Source: Camelus dromedarius
Lineage: Eukaryota
DNA length: 64,000 nt
Reading direction: 5' to 3'
Assembly: GCF_036321535.1 (NCBI RefSeq)
Contig: NC_087437.1
Location: 84,632,001 to 84,696,000 of the forward strand
Each line of letters opens with the position of its first letter. The stretch's first letter is position 1. Of this stretch, positions 1 through 13,451 are shown one piece after another. The translations under genes were made by a program, and so were the position numbers. The notes under the pieces are model-generated. The model was given only the letters and a program-made list of their open reading frames with translations, was not told the origin of the DNA and did no database searches.

Positions 1-1045
1 GGTGGGTCTCTAATAACTGTCAGAAGGGTTCTGGATATTCACTGTTTATATATAAAATCTAGTTAAATGTTCTCTGCATCTCATGCTACTCAGTTTTATG
101 TACTAAATTTCCTTTTTGAACTTCAAGCCTGAGTGACTTCTTCCTGATGCAAGCTAAATTCTAATAAAGCTAAGGTTTTGATCATTGACAGTTAGAAGCT
201 TTCTAACCTAGCCAAACTCTATCACGTTTCTTTATTGCGTTTTCTAACTCATGTAGTTAAAATGTAGCAGTTATTTGTAATTTTTTGATAAACATATTAT
301 TAAAAGTATTTTTCTATTCTAAATATATCTGAATCATTTTAAAACATATAGATACACTAGCTTTACCATGTTTTAATTATATTTTTGATGTTTATTAAAA
401 TAAAGCAATAATATCATAGAACACATAAGATTTTACAAATCTTTGTATAATATATAAACTTACCAATTTATTATATTAATGCATATTATAATTCTCACCT
501 TTCACTCATTGATTTATGAAATAGTTGTCTTAATGAGATAATTTATAATTTTGAATAAAGGAAAGAAACTATTCAATATTTTTTTGTATCTTAACCTGAG
601 GTACCTAAAGTGCTCCTTTAGAAGCAAGGGCTAATGAGGGAAAGGATGGTGAGTGCATAAATGTGTACCCTGCTTTACCAAAAAAAAAAAAAAAAGAAAA
701 GAAAAGAAACTGGGAAGAGGAGTAAAAATAATGTTTAAACACCTATTTACAAATTATGGGTCGTTTTTAAAAAGGTGAGTAAATTGTAGTAAATATTGAT
801 ACTGGTGGTAATTAAAACATAAGGAAGGAAAAATTACCCATTCAAAAAGGAGACATGTTACAGCAGTCAAGATCCATTCAGGAAAATGGAGAGTACGCTA
901 TGTATGTAAAAAAGGATTAAATCAGATTGTTGTTGTAGTTGTTGATTATTATTATTATTATCATCATCACCATCATTTTACTTGAAGGAAGACCTGAAAA
1001 CATGAAGAGTATGCAGTGAGGGGACCCAGAAATTAGCAACATCAG

Positions 1046-2030
1046 TGTGATGGTTAATTTTATGTGTCAGCTTGACTAAGCCACAGGATACTCAGATTTG
1101 GTCAAACATCATTCTAGGTGTTTCTATCAGGAGGTTTTTGTTTGAGATTAGCATTTAAATTGATAGATGAGTAAAGCGGATTGCCCTGCCTAATGTGAAC
1201 AGGCCTCATACAATCAGTTGAAGATCTGAATAGAGCAGAAAGTCTGGCCTTACTCTGAGTAAGAGTGAATTCTTCCTGCCTGATAGCCTTTGAGTAGAAT
1301 ATCAGTTTTTTTCCCGCCTTTGGCCTCAAATTGAAACACAGCTCTTCCTGGATTTTGAGCCTCCATTCTTCAGTATTTCCGGTCTGAAGAATACATCAGC
1401 TCTCCTGGTTCTCAGGCTTTGGACTCAGACTAAAACTACACCATTGGTTCTTCTGGGCATCCAGCTTGCCAAATCACCCTGCAGATCTTGGGACAGCCTT
1501 TATAAGGATGGAAAAAAAAAAAAAAATACAGGAAGCACTGTGTGCTTTAGGTAATGGTCCTAGATAGTGAAGACACATAACTAAGGAATAATTTAAATGA
1601 GCCCAGACTCTTACATCTTCCCATACAAGAAGAAAAGTACTAAAATCTTTCAGTTGAGATGTGTGTTCTTTGTGATTAGCAGTAATCTTTTGATATTCAA
1701 CTACATATTTTTTCTCAGAAAAAAAAAAAAAAAAGCACCACATATATCCTGGCTCCTCCCTTACCTCTCCAGGGTTGTCCTCAGAGCTGTCTGAGAGGCT
1801 GTCTCCAAGGCTATAGTCCTCAATAAGATCCCTGAATAGAACTTAACTCACAACATTTAGGGTGTACATTTTTCTTCAGTTGACACACGAATACATACAC
1901 ACACACATATATATGGAATGTATGTATCTATGCATCATATATATATATCTCCTTATATATGCATATCAATTGATCTTTGTATATGTAACCTGTTGGTTTT
2001 GTTTCTTTGGAGAACCATGACTTTTACTAT
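1046..2030 (+). mobile_element. MLT2-family (ERVL) solo LTR, interrupted by another LTR
   Basis: Starts TGTGATGGTTAATTTTATGTGTCAGCTTGAC, the typical MLT2 5' end. After an insertion it resumes with a CA/TA-rich tract and the MLT2 3' motif CTGTTGGTTTTGTTTCTTTGGAGAACCATGACT (~1990-2022). Confidence 0.85.
1501..1885 (+). mobile_element. ERV1-type (MER41-like) LTR nested in MLT2
   Basis: Non-MLT2 block with an LTR-like 3' portion (CCTCAATAAGATCCCTGAATAGAACTTAACTCACAAC...TTCAGTTGACA) ending in CA. The 5' boundary is approximate. Confidence 0.65.
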
Positions 2031-3021
2031 TAGTAAAGAAGCTATCTTCATCCGTATTACTAGAAGAGCAAAGGGAGCATTTAGTGTCAACAGAGACCAG
2101 GAGCTGGGGATACACACTGAATTTGGAAACCTGGCCTGACAGTAGCTGGACCTTTGATGGATGTCTTGAGTATCAGAAACTAGAGTCACAGAGAAGACTT
2201 AGTCTATGCCAAACATGCTACCCAATTCAGTGAGTGAGAATATCTTAGCTTCTTTCTTCCTCTTGTTCTCCAGTCATCCACCAGGACTTCCTGCTGGCTG
2301 AATAGAACTGGAAGATAGTTTACAAAGAAGGCAGGAGAAAAATTCATTAGCACCATAAAACACTGAAAGTAAGGGAAGAGAATTAATCTGAAAGCAACTG
2401 AAGATGATCTGTTTATATATTAAAATGGAAGACAAAGTATTGCTATAGAAGATTTATGTTTGCACTGAAATTTGTGAACTTAAAGAAGAAATACTGAAAA
2501 TATTTGTAGCTCTTTTCAAAGTACTGTACAATTCAAGAATTATAAATCTCCTGGATGATATATCCCTTTTAAGTTTATATTATTTTATAATGCAGACCTT
2601 GTATCACATTGTGTTAGAAAGATTCATGGGAAAGCATTGCAGAGTAAAAGAAAATGCAAAGATACATAATGAGTTTCACTAAATGGAAGGCAGTTATCTG
2701 TTTTATAGTGATTAAGTAAGCAGAAGCATTAGATAAAGTATGAGATTTTATGCTGGAGTCAGATTATGCAAGGCCACATTAAAGATTATGAAATTTATAC
2801 TAAATGCAACAGAAAGCTGTTAATTGTTTTAAGATGGATTAGTGATCTTATTTTTCTTTAACGAGACCAATTTTGGTCACTAACTGGGAAATGCACTGGA
2901 AGAGCGAATAATGATAATTAGAAACCAGTCAGGAAGTTATTCCAGGAAAAGGTGATAGTATATTGGACTTGGAAAATGTAAGAAGAAGAGGGGAAATTCA
3001 GGAAATGTCCTGTAGAAACCT

Positions 3022-3955
3022 TGTGATAGGCTGAATAATAACTCCCTAAGATGTTCACATCGTAATTCTTGGTGTTACCAGAGAGTAGGTTCCTATTTTG
3101 TCACAGACAGAATTCAGAGGCGATTGAGGATTTATTAAGTGATAGTACACTTTCTGGAGGGAAAGTGAGTAGGCTCATGTGAGCAGCTGCCGTGAGTTCC
3201 TTTGGCAAGCTGGTTATATGGAGTGTGAAAATGATTGGGAACAATATTCACTGATGAGGGTGGGGGTTGGGTTGTATTTCCTGATTTTCATTTCAACTTC
3301 ATCTTCCAGAGGGGAGGAGGGATTTTTGTCCTTATTTGGTCTTGATCTGAATTGTCATGGAGTCAGTGCAGCATGGGTCCTTCTTGTTTGCAAGGCTAAT
3401 TTTATTGCAGTGAGGGCATAATGTGCAAAATGTTACATTTGAATGCTAAAGATTTCTTGCCTCTTGTTGCCTTTCTTGTTTGCCTCTAGGATCCCTGTCA
3501 TTCACAAGACATATGGTTTCTTGCCAGCCCAGAGTCTCCTGCTTTTCTTTGTTTGCCCTTTAGGCCCTCTGGGCCCTCTGTCATCTCAAGATGTATGGTT
3601 TCCTGCCGCATGGCCCATGCCCCCACCCTTCTCTGCTCAAGTTTGCTCAGTGCCAGCTCTAATACTGGAAACTGTGAATATGGTAGTTTCCAATTATTTA
3701 AAAAAAAAAAAACTTTGAAAATGTGATTAAATTAAGGATCTTGATATGGGGACATTATCTAGATTATCTGGGTGGTCCAAAGTAATCATAAGGATCCTTC
3801 TAAAAAATGAGGAACGCTGGAGAGTCAGAGTCAGAGAAGGAGATGTGATGATGAAAGCAGAGGTGAGGAATAGAGGGAGAACAGGAAAAAAGGAGAGAGG
3901 AAGAGAGGGAGAAAATGTTACACAGCTGCCCTTGAAAATACAGGAAGGGAATGTT
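3022..3955 (+). mobile_element. MLT1 (MaLR, MLT1D-like) LTR split by an insertion
   Basis: 5' end TGTGATAGGCTGAATAAT...GATGTTCACATC. Resumes at ~3665 with GGAAACTGTGAATATG...GATTATCTGGGTGGTCC...GGAGATGTGATGATGAAAGCAGAGG. Confidence 0.85.
3073..3664 (-). mobile_element. Lineage-specific ERV solo LTR inserted in MLT1
   Basis: About 590 bp beginning TGTTACC on +. TTTATT near 3131 gives AATAAA on the minus strand. Flanked by TTGG (3069-3072) and CTGG (3665-3668), a 3/4-matching 4-bp TSD. Confidence 0.7.
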
Positions 3956-6900
3956 ACAGAAAGAACTTCCCAGGATCTTGCAAGTCTGTGGTTCTCAGCA
4001 GAGTCTATATACTGGGAACACTTACCTCACTAGTTTATATACTGAATTAAGTGTTCTATGTAAGCCTATATACTGACTTAAGTCGAATGTTTCAAAGTTA
4101 CTTTTTATTATATCTTATCTAGTTCTCTTTTTGATTTTGACACTTCTTCCCATTTTGTTTTTCAGTCATACTTTTTCTGCACTGGTGGTAGCTGTAGCTT
4201 TCTTCAAACCCTACCGCCTCCTAGCTCTATATTTATAGTGCAGTCCTTAGATCTGGACACCCAAACACACCCCAGATCAGATCTCTGGAATAGACAAAGT
4301 GCAGTCTTCTGTTGATGGGAAACTGTTCATCCTCAATGGCTGATTTTTCAATTTAATAGTTTCTTTAACTTAAAATAACTTCTTAATTATTTTAAAGAGA
4401 AAAATGAACAAGGTATAATTCAGATTCAAAATCTAGCTTGATTCTATTTTCCTTTTCTTAATTCTGATTTCCAGTTAAATTGTATTCTTCAGTGTCATAG
4501 TATGATAACATTTATAAATGCATCTATTTGATTGACCAGGTGAAACCCAGCTCTTGCATCACACATATTATTCCCTGAACTTCTACCAGACTTGTTCAAG
4601 ACTTTGGCTCCTTGATCTTTTACAATTAAAATGTACCAATCATTTCTACAGATACTAAAACTTTTCCACACATTTAGATTACATTCAAGAAATCTCCATA
4701 TCTTATGTTTATTATTGAAATGATTGGTTAATCAGCTTTATTGCTCAGTGGAAGAAGATTTAATCCTGGTGTTTCAAATTGCATTACAAAAGAATAAATA
4801 AGTCACTTTTTAACGTGAAAACTGCTGCAGTAGCAATAAAACATGTCTTGAAATAATTGCCAGTGTAGACATGACTAACCCTTAAGTGTTTTTGGTCCCA
4901 TTAGGTTTGTTGAGTTTTCATTTCCACATCTGTTTATTTTTAAATAAATGGTTTTCTCTAACAGATTCAGCTTAATAAATAGAATTATAGTTGATTCTCT
5001 ACTTAGCTTTGTTTTCTCATTATAGCTGTTATTTTTAATTTCTATTAGTTTGACAACTTTATTCAAGATTGAAAATTTAGTCATTTTTCTACAATTTACA
5101 TCTTAAACAAAATTAGTACGAATATATATATTAGTACGGATTCATCAGGGAGAATTAATGTACTCTTTAGGTAATGCATGCGTTCCTTATCATTGTCATT
5201 TGTGACAACCACTGATTAAATACTACTTAGTATCCTTAAAAAATATATATATATTTATTCAGTGACCTAGACTTTGTTTCCTGTAAGATTTGTAGGCTAA
5301 CTCTCTGTGACTTTTTTGTGTGTGTATCTGTTTAATTTTGTTTTTCTCTTTCACCCACTCTGTCAGATCTCTCAGGAGCTATTCAGCTTCTGAATTTAAG
5401 AGAATTTGACATTTGAATGGCTCTTTCTGAATACCGATATAATGAATTCTTGCAACTGGAAATGAACTCAAATTGATGGTTCACATAAGTTGATGCATAT
5501 ACTTGTCCCAACTAAAGGCTACAAGTATATATTATTATGTATTTTCTCCAATATATATATGTTGATTTTGGTATATTCAGTTCCACTGTAAAGTGGGTAT
5601 TTATGAAACAAGAACACAGCAGTTCTTTGTAAATTTTAACATATGAAATAGATGAACTCTAGCAAATATACATGGTACAGGAAACAGAAGAAATGGAGTT
5701 CTGTGTATGAATTATTATAATTTTTAATCAAACATTAGAATTTGGATAGTTAATGAAGAGATTATAATTAGGCATAATTTAATTTATTATTTTTATTCCC
5801 TTGTGTATCATATTATGAGTACATTTCTAATTGCAAATGAATTTTTTAAAGAAGATATCTAGCATATAATCAAAAATCAAGAAGCAATACAAGATAATAT
5901 GACCCATTGTTAAGAAAGAAAAGTTAACAGAGGCATACTGAGAGATGACCTAGATTGAACTATATGAATTATCAGTGACAGAAGTAGACAAATTTGTTTA
6001 AGAAACTTCTACTATTCCTTTGAATCATATAAAAATTAGCTCCTTATGGATCATATGAATCTTCATGTCAGTATTGCTTCTGTAGGAAGTCACTCGTTCA
6101 AATCAGTGTTTACCTGTATGTAATGTACCTGTTGACTGTGGATATATGCAAGATGCTATCACTGATTTTCAGTAGTTTTATGTTGTGCCCAGCATAAAAC
6201 CTTGTATATAGGAGATGCTGGTTATTCAAGCATGGCCAGATGCCAATTCACTGTATTGATATCTTGGTTCTGGAACTTACTTCAAATGGGTCAACCTATG
6301 TATATACAAATATAAACCTGATAGTTATTGCATGTGTATGTATAAAATATCAATTGATATTTTGTATCAACTTTTCATATATTTGAATTTCTCTCATAGT
6401 AAATATTGGACAATAAAGGATTATGGAAAATATTTTCTTCAAGGAACTATGACTTGTAAGAACAATAACAAAATAGTGCAATATAGCCTAGTAGAAATTA
6501 CATATAATGTAGCACTTGATGAAATATAAATGTACAAATGGTTAAACAGATACAATTTATTGACTTCTTATCTCCATGGTATATTAAGTATACATATCAC
6601 CAACTTAGAATTCATAGAAAATGTGCATATGTACTCTAGTTAAGATCATTCTAGTTTTATAGTAAAATTAATACTTCAAAACATATTTCAGTTATTTATA
6701 TAATTCATATTATTTACAAACACATTACATGTTTTTCTGAATGATAAAATCCATATAAAATATAATTTATGTTATGAACTATGTCAAGAGCTATGTTTAG
6801 AGGCTAGAGGGCTGTGATAAACCTACATAATGATTTCAAAGAGATTCTATATTCCTAGTTGAAAATTTCAAAATGTACATGGAAAAAGAAACAAAATAAA

Positions 6901-7038
6901 AAATGTGTTATAATAAACCATTATTAAATAGAATGAGTATCATGGATGATAAATAAAATAGCAAAAAACCATGGTATAAATATACTACAGTATATCATAT
7001 TTGAGAAGCCATCAGTTAAGTTTTTCATAAACCCAAAA

Positions 7039-7680
7039 TGATTCAGGAAAAATGGATCTGGGGTGTGAGGAGGGCCACGTCCCAGGCTTCGGTTGAGCCC
7101 TTGGGACGTGTGCCACAAAGTGTGAGTCCTTGGCTTCGCACAGGAAAGAATTCAAGAGTGAGCCACAATTGAGTAAAGATAGATTTATTTAGGGAGATAC
7201 ATTGAAAGGCAAGAGAAAGGCCACGATGTGTGGGGGTTGGGTGCTCAGATTAGAGTAAAAGTAGGTACACAGTCCATAGAGTGCGGGCCATCTCTGAAGG
7301 GGGGGAGGTAGAGAGAGAGAGAGAGAGAGAGAGCATGGCCACGAGGCGCCATTTTGCCAGTTTTTATGGGCTCAGAGGCTTCCTATGCTAATAAGTGGAA
7401 GGACCAGTCTAACTTAGCCTGGGGAAGGGGCTGGGATTCCCTGGAAGTTGGCCATTTCCCATTCTTTGACCTTTTGTGGCTAGCCTTGGGACTGTCATGG
7501 CACCTGTGGGCATGTTATTCACCATGCAATGGGTGTATAATGAAGCTCGAGGTCTACTAGAACTCAAATCTCCCACCATCTTGAACCTACTGGGAGTTGA
7601 ATCTTTCACCATTTCACCATTCTGATGTTAATTGCTGTGTTATTCCTTGAATGGCTATGCCCTGCCCCCTTTCTGTCTGA
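7039..7680 (-). mobile_element. ERV1-type solo LTR, relatively young
   Basis: Abruptly GC- and CpG-richer ~640 bp block. Begins TG, carries a minus-strand AATAAA (TTTATT ~7184) and an internal (GA)n. AAAA on both sides is a plausible but low-complexity TSD. Confidence 0.75.
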
Positions 7681-8599
7681 AAAACACCAAAAAAAAAAAA
7701 AAAAAAAAAAAAAGGAAACAGAACCATTTAAAAAATTGTTAAAGTAAAAGAATATCCCTTAATCCAAATCCTTTTTTACATTTCCATTTTTTTCTCTCAT
7801 AAAGCAAGGCACATACAATGTTTTGAAAAGAAAGCAAGCCTTTAGAGATCACAAACAACCAATTTCACATTACAAGCAGTTGTAAATAGAGTTAAATTCC
7901 CTTTAGTAATACACTATTTATCTTTGTGCTTCATTGAGTTTAAAAAAAAGCATTTTTCAGAGTTTAAACAATTAGCTTCTCTCTTTTTTTCTATTCTAGA
8001 AAGGATGCTATCAGAAAAGCGTGGGATTAGGAAGCCACAGAGCTATCACAGTTATTCTTAGTGTATAAAATTTCAATTTAGCAAAACATGTAAAACCCCA
8101 AAGGCAGTTAAGACCCAAAACAGGGAAACCATTTTGTTTTCACAGTATATTTATTTTGCATCATCACTGATCCAACTGATTTTATGCTGAATTGAAATGA
8201 GTAGGTATTGGTTTCAGACATTATTCTGTGCTGTATATTTGTTACCAAATCAATGTTATGGTTTACCTGGAAAATTCCCTGAAAAGTCCCATCAAGCTTC
8301 TTGTATAAAATAAAGCTTACAGTGTAGGAATTTTATACATCTGGCATCTAGATTTTATTTTCAAAAGAAACTGGAATACAATAAGTTTATTAAATATGTG
8401 CCTCATAACCTTAGGGAAGATTAGAAATTAATATATTACCCAATGACTACTAATTCTAATGATTATAATTTTCCTCTATGCTTATTAAAATATATATTTT
8501 TAATATCCATAGATTATAAGATAATTTATAGAATAATTCATGGATGTATAAAAGTCAGTTATATAAAATGGGAATAAAAAGAATTACAAGAAGAGAGTG

Positions 8600-10040
8600 T
8601 TAAGAGAAGATGGTGATGGCATGATTATAGTTATCACTCCTTTTTATCTCCTCAAATTCTCCAATAAAAACAGACAAAACCACTAGGATAATAAAACTGA
8701 AAACCCATAGGCAGTATCTGTTGAAAACCTTGGTGGCAGAATATCTCTACTGACTCATAAACACAAGTGAGTGGGGATAAACCACTGGCAGCTACACGTT
8801 GTGTCCGTATGGGAAGAAGCACAGGAATTAAACTTAGCTTCTGCTGAAACTCCAGGTACTGAACAATTGATTGAATCAGTCTGAAAGAACAATGGGAACC
8901 AGAAAGCAATGGGAACCAGAGAGAGTTATTCAAAATTAATTTCATGAGTAACGCAGGACTTAGAGGGCTGGTGCAGTTGAGCCCTATAAACTCTTTAAAT
9001 TAACAAACTTAACCCCCTGCCAAGGCAAAGCTCCACACTGTGGAGCTAATACAGGAGGTAGAATCCAAATTGAGCAGGACAGGGCCAATGTGGCAAAGGA
9101 AAGATAAATTCCTTGTGGAAAGCTGGAAGGGAAACAGAAGTGACCGATTTCATAAAGTACAAAGCTATATAATGTATATTATATATTAAGAGCTAGTATG
9201 TGAGTTGAATTATAATTTATGAAAATTTGTTAGGATGCAAGTAAAACAGGCTTAGAGGAAAAAATATAGTTAAAAATAATTGTACTAGAGCAAAGAATAT
9301 TCGAAAATCAATGACTTGAGTTTCCATTTTAAAATACAATAAAAGAGAAAGAAAAGTAATACAAAATTAGACAGAAGGAAGAAAACAATGAAGGTACAAG
9401 AAACCAATGAAACAGATAAAAGACTGAAAATAGAGAAAATTCACAAAGCCAAAACCTAGTTCTTCTAAAATAGCAACAATATTGACAATCTTTCCCCACA
9501 CTGCTGTGAAAAACAGAGTACCCAAATCAGCAATAGCAGAAATAAAATAAAGGAATTGTCAACAAAGATCCTACAGACACTAAAATGAAGAGAAAATACT
9601 ATAAAGAACTTTATGCCAACACATTTTGAAAACTTAAACTGTCTAAGTTTGTTGAGAATATAATTTGTAAAAAAAGTTTTGTAAGAAGTTATTTAAGAAA
9701 ACAAAATCTGAATAGATCTATATGTTGAATTAATTGAATTTATTATTAAAAACCTTTCCATAAGAAAACTTTAGGTCTAGAGGGTTTCACTGATAAATGC
9801 ATTCTAGTAAGAAATGACATTAATCTTACATACTCTTTTTTTCCTCCAAGTAGAAAAGGAGGGAATATTTTCCAACTCAATTTATAAAGTTAGCATAACC
9901 CATAATAGAAAAATCTTACAAGACCATTAAAAAATAAAATTACAGACCAGTAATTCTCATGATTATTGGCATAGAAATCCTTTAAAAATATCAATAAATT
10001 AAACAAGATAGGCAAAAATAATATGCTATGACCCAGTGGG
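8600..10040 (+). mobile_element. Ancient LINE-1 fragments (5'-region-like part followed by degraded ORF2)
   Basis: A-rich ORF2-like motifs, e.g. AAAGCCAAAACCTAGTTCTT, ACAAAGATCCTACAGACAC, AACTTTATGCCAAC, AAAATTACAGACCAGTA. Confidence 0.7.
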
Positions 10041-10614
10041 CTTGCTTCTCCAGCCCCTCAAATTCTTGCAAGCAACTGTGCCGTATCTTAGTTCTGTACT
10101 GCATTGACAAAAGTGACTCTTCTGGGCATCAAAATTTTTTTCCTAGAAATTCAATCTTGGTATAATACTTTTAAAAAAGATTACTGAACAATTTTTATGT
10201 TTTCCATCAATATGTGCTTTAATTATATTAAATATCCCAATAAATATAGAGAAAATTAAGACATAATTAGTAACTGGCGGAAGTGTAATAAAAACGGAGA
10301 GAAGCTAGCTCCAGAATCCAGACTCTTAGTCACTATAGTATTTTTGTGACCAAGTGGTTATAGGACAAAATATAACAGATTTTACCTAAAATTCTGCCTT
10401 CTATTATATTCAGTTTTATATAACCATTTTAGATTTAGGGCTTCCAGTGTCATATATCCATGTGATACACAGAGTATTTGGTTTATTTTATTTACATCCT
10501 CAATAATTAAGGCAATATATACAATAGTCAACCCAATCGGCAGACATTTTTTTTAAGGCAAATATAGTTCATAAAGAAGAAAAAAATTCAGGCTGAATAG
10601 TTAAGTTTCTGCAA

Positions 10615-10812
10615 TTTTTTTTTTTTTTTTGCTATTTTTTTAAATTGAAGTATAGTCAGTTTACAGTGTTGTGTCAATCTCTGGTGTACAACATAATGTT
10701 TCAGTTCTACATATACATACATATATTTGTTTTCATGTTCTTTTTTCATTATAAGTTACTACAAGATATTAAATATAGTTCCCTGTGCTACACAGTATAA
10801 ACTTGTTGTTTG
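10615..10812 (-). mobile_element. Short 5'-truncated L1 3' end (cetartiodactyl type)
   Basis: poly-T followed by ATTGAAGTATAGTCAGTTTACA...CCCTGTGCTACACAGTATAA. Same sequence type as the 3' end of the L1 at 31.2 kb. Confidence 0.85.
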
Positions 10813-11514
10813 TATCACAGTTACTAACATTAGAAATAATGATAATAATATTTGAATTTCAGAGGAGGATATCATTTCCCTAGAAATGTGTATTTAGCCA
10901 AGATATTCAGAAAATGCCAGAAGGATAGTCCCAAACATTCAACAAAACAATACTTTGATGCTGTATCTTTCCTGGAAATTTTTTTATAGTTTTTATTTTG
11001 ATAACTAACAGAAACATAAAGAATAAGAATGTAAGACTAGTGAAGTGAGAATGAAGTAGAACTCAGATCTCTAGCCAGAGTTTTCTGTTTTCTCATTTCA
11101 CAATTTTTGCTTAAGATAGTACATTTAATACATGTGCTGATTTGTATCACTTCATGATGGTTTTCTTGGGTGCTGTGGTGTGAATTCTGAGACTGCATCT
11201 AAGCTATTGAGGAAAAATTACCTTGATGAATTTAGGGTGTTTAGATTTCTTTCACTACTGCTAAATATGTCCTAAAAACTGAATACACTCAGTCTTCTTT
11301 AATTCCACATGTGTAAAACAGAAAGCTAAGTAGTGTCCCTCCTTTTTAATTTCTTTTAGTTAAAAGAAGAAAATCTCCTGTTTTAAGAACTTGTACTATC
11401 ATGTTGAATTACAGATAATGCATTTATTGTTATATTTTAATGTTTCTCTATCAGAGATAAATTTTAAATAGAATATTTCCTGTCACCTGAAATAATTTGT
11501 AATAATTGTAATAG

Positions 11515-12013
11515 TGTATTCGTGCCCTATGGATGTAGTAACAAAGTACTGCAAAATTGATGGCATGAAACAACAGAAACTTACTCTCTCATATTCTAGA
11601 GGCCACAAGTCTGAAATCAGCGTCATTGGGTCAAAATCAAAGTGTCATTAGGGCTGTGCGACCTCTGGAAGCTCTAGAGGAAAGTTTGTTCCTTGCCTCT
11701 TGCTATTTTAGTAGCTACCATCATTCCTTAATTTATGACTGCATCATCCTAATCTCTGCCTCCATCGTCACATTGCCCACTCCACTTCTGGTGTATCTTC
11801 TCTTCCATCTGTGTGAAATCTCCCTCTGCCCTTCCTTATGAGGATACATGTGATTGTGCATTTTGGGCCTACCCAAGTCATCCAGGAAAATCTCCCCTCT
11901 TAAATCTTTAATTTAATAAATTCTTTTGTTGTATAAAGTCAGGACAAAGATTCTCACAGATTCTGGAGATTAGTGCCTGTTATTGTGCGAGGCCATTTTT
12001 TCAGCCTAGTACA
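11515..12013 (-). mobile_element. MLT1 (MaLR) solo LTR
   Basis: TGTATT...GTAACAAAGTAC...AAACAACAGAAAC...TTCTAGAGGCCACAAGTCTGAAATC, ending CAGCCTAGTACA. This is the reverse complement of an MLT1 layout. Confidence 0.85.
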
Positions 12014-12034
12014 AATAGTAATAGTAAAAACAAA

Positions 12035-12130
12035 AGTAATAATAATATCTAACATTTGTTGAGTGCTTATTGTATGCTTGGCTTTGTACTAGGTGCTTTC
12101 AATATATTATCTCATTTAGCGTCTCATAGT
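12035..12130 (-). mobile_element. MIR SINE fragment
   Basis: AATAATATCTAACATTTGTTGAGTGCTTATTGTATGC...TATCTCATTTAG resembles the MIR 3' portion. Confidence 0.65.
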
Positions 12131-13451
12131 TCCAATGATACTACATTTTTATGAATCACTATATTGGGACGACAATTAGAAAATTTAACAAAACTTAGAA
12201 ATAAGAGAGTAAATACAATAATGCTGAAACTCATTGATGATAGAGTAGATCCTCTGAGCAACATTAGAAAATGTGTAAAAAATGGTTGAATTTAATTAAA
12301 TGTACCAAGCAAAATGCAACAGAAGCACATTAGAAAATAAGAGATACCTTTAGAAATTGAAGATGAGAATATTTGAATTTAAAATAGATATCCAGCCAAA
12401 ATGTCATTCTAAGCAAAAATTTCAATATAATCCAAGATATTAAATGGCTCAGTATAATATATCATTGAAATAAATTTGATTTGGAATCTGTTTAAAATTT
12501 TACATTAATATTTTTTCACATTAAGAATGCATAAAATATAGGAAATTCAGAATCTGAAAAAAGTGTGTCGTGTCTTAAATTATAAAATGAATAGTGATGA
12601 CATATATTGTATTTTTCAAATAAGAAAATCCATTTAAATATAAAATTTAATCATGGATGAAAAACTTATGCCTTTCAATAAATAATGAGATTTGATGCAA
12701 AAACTAAAAAGTGAGGGTTCAGAAGAAGGTAACATTGCCTATATTTTTATCATTAATAAGGTCTAAATAAAAGTTAAAGCACTGTTCTTGCATTTGATTG
12801 TCAAGTATATGGCTATTACTATAATATATAATGCAATGAAAACTATCTTCTTCACATAAGTTCTCTAAAAACTGGCTTCAGGCAAAGTTTACATGTTTTA
12901 TCTGTATTGGTTGCAGTCCAATGAAGCAAGAATGTTTGACAAAAAGAAGTATTATACGCTAGGAGAGAGAGCAAATAAAAAGTGTTGTGAAGCTAAACTC
13001 ACCCCAGCCTCATAAGAAACTTAGTTGTTTTCTTGGTCACATTTGTCAACCTGGTGAGATCTCAGAACATCCATCTGGGCCAGAAGAGTCAGCAAATAAT
13101 CTGCCGGCTCCTTCTTATCTCCTGTTTCTCAATATTGAATGTGTACCACAGGGCGCTTTACTTCACCATATCTGGTTTATGGGATCCAGCCTCTCTTGTC
13201 AGCCAGATTCCCTCTGATATAGTATTGTTATTCAGTACTTCTGTAAACATACAGTCTCTGTGAGTAGCGCTGGGCCAGATCAGGGTGCTAAAGTTTATAT
13301 AACTTCTTGCTCAGTGATAATAGTGAGAATTATGCTGAAGTCTTACTCTTTTCATAGAAAGCATGTGAGAGAAGCAGTGGTTTTAGATGAAGAGGCAATG
13401 ACATTGGTGAGAAGGATTTTAACTCTGGAACTGACCGTCAGCCAAGAAACA

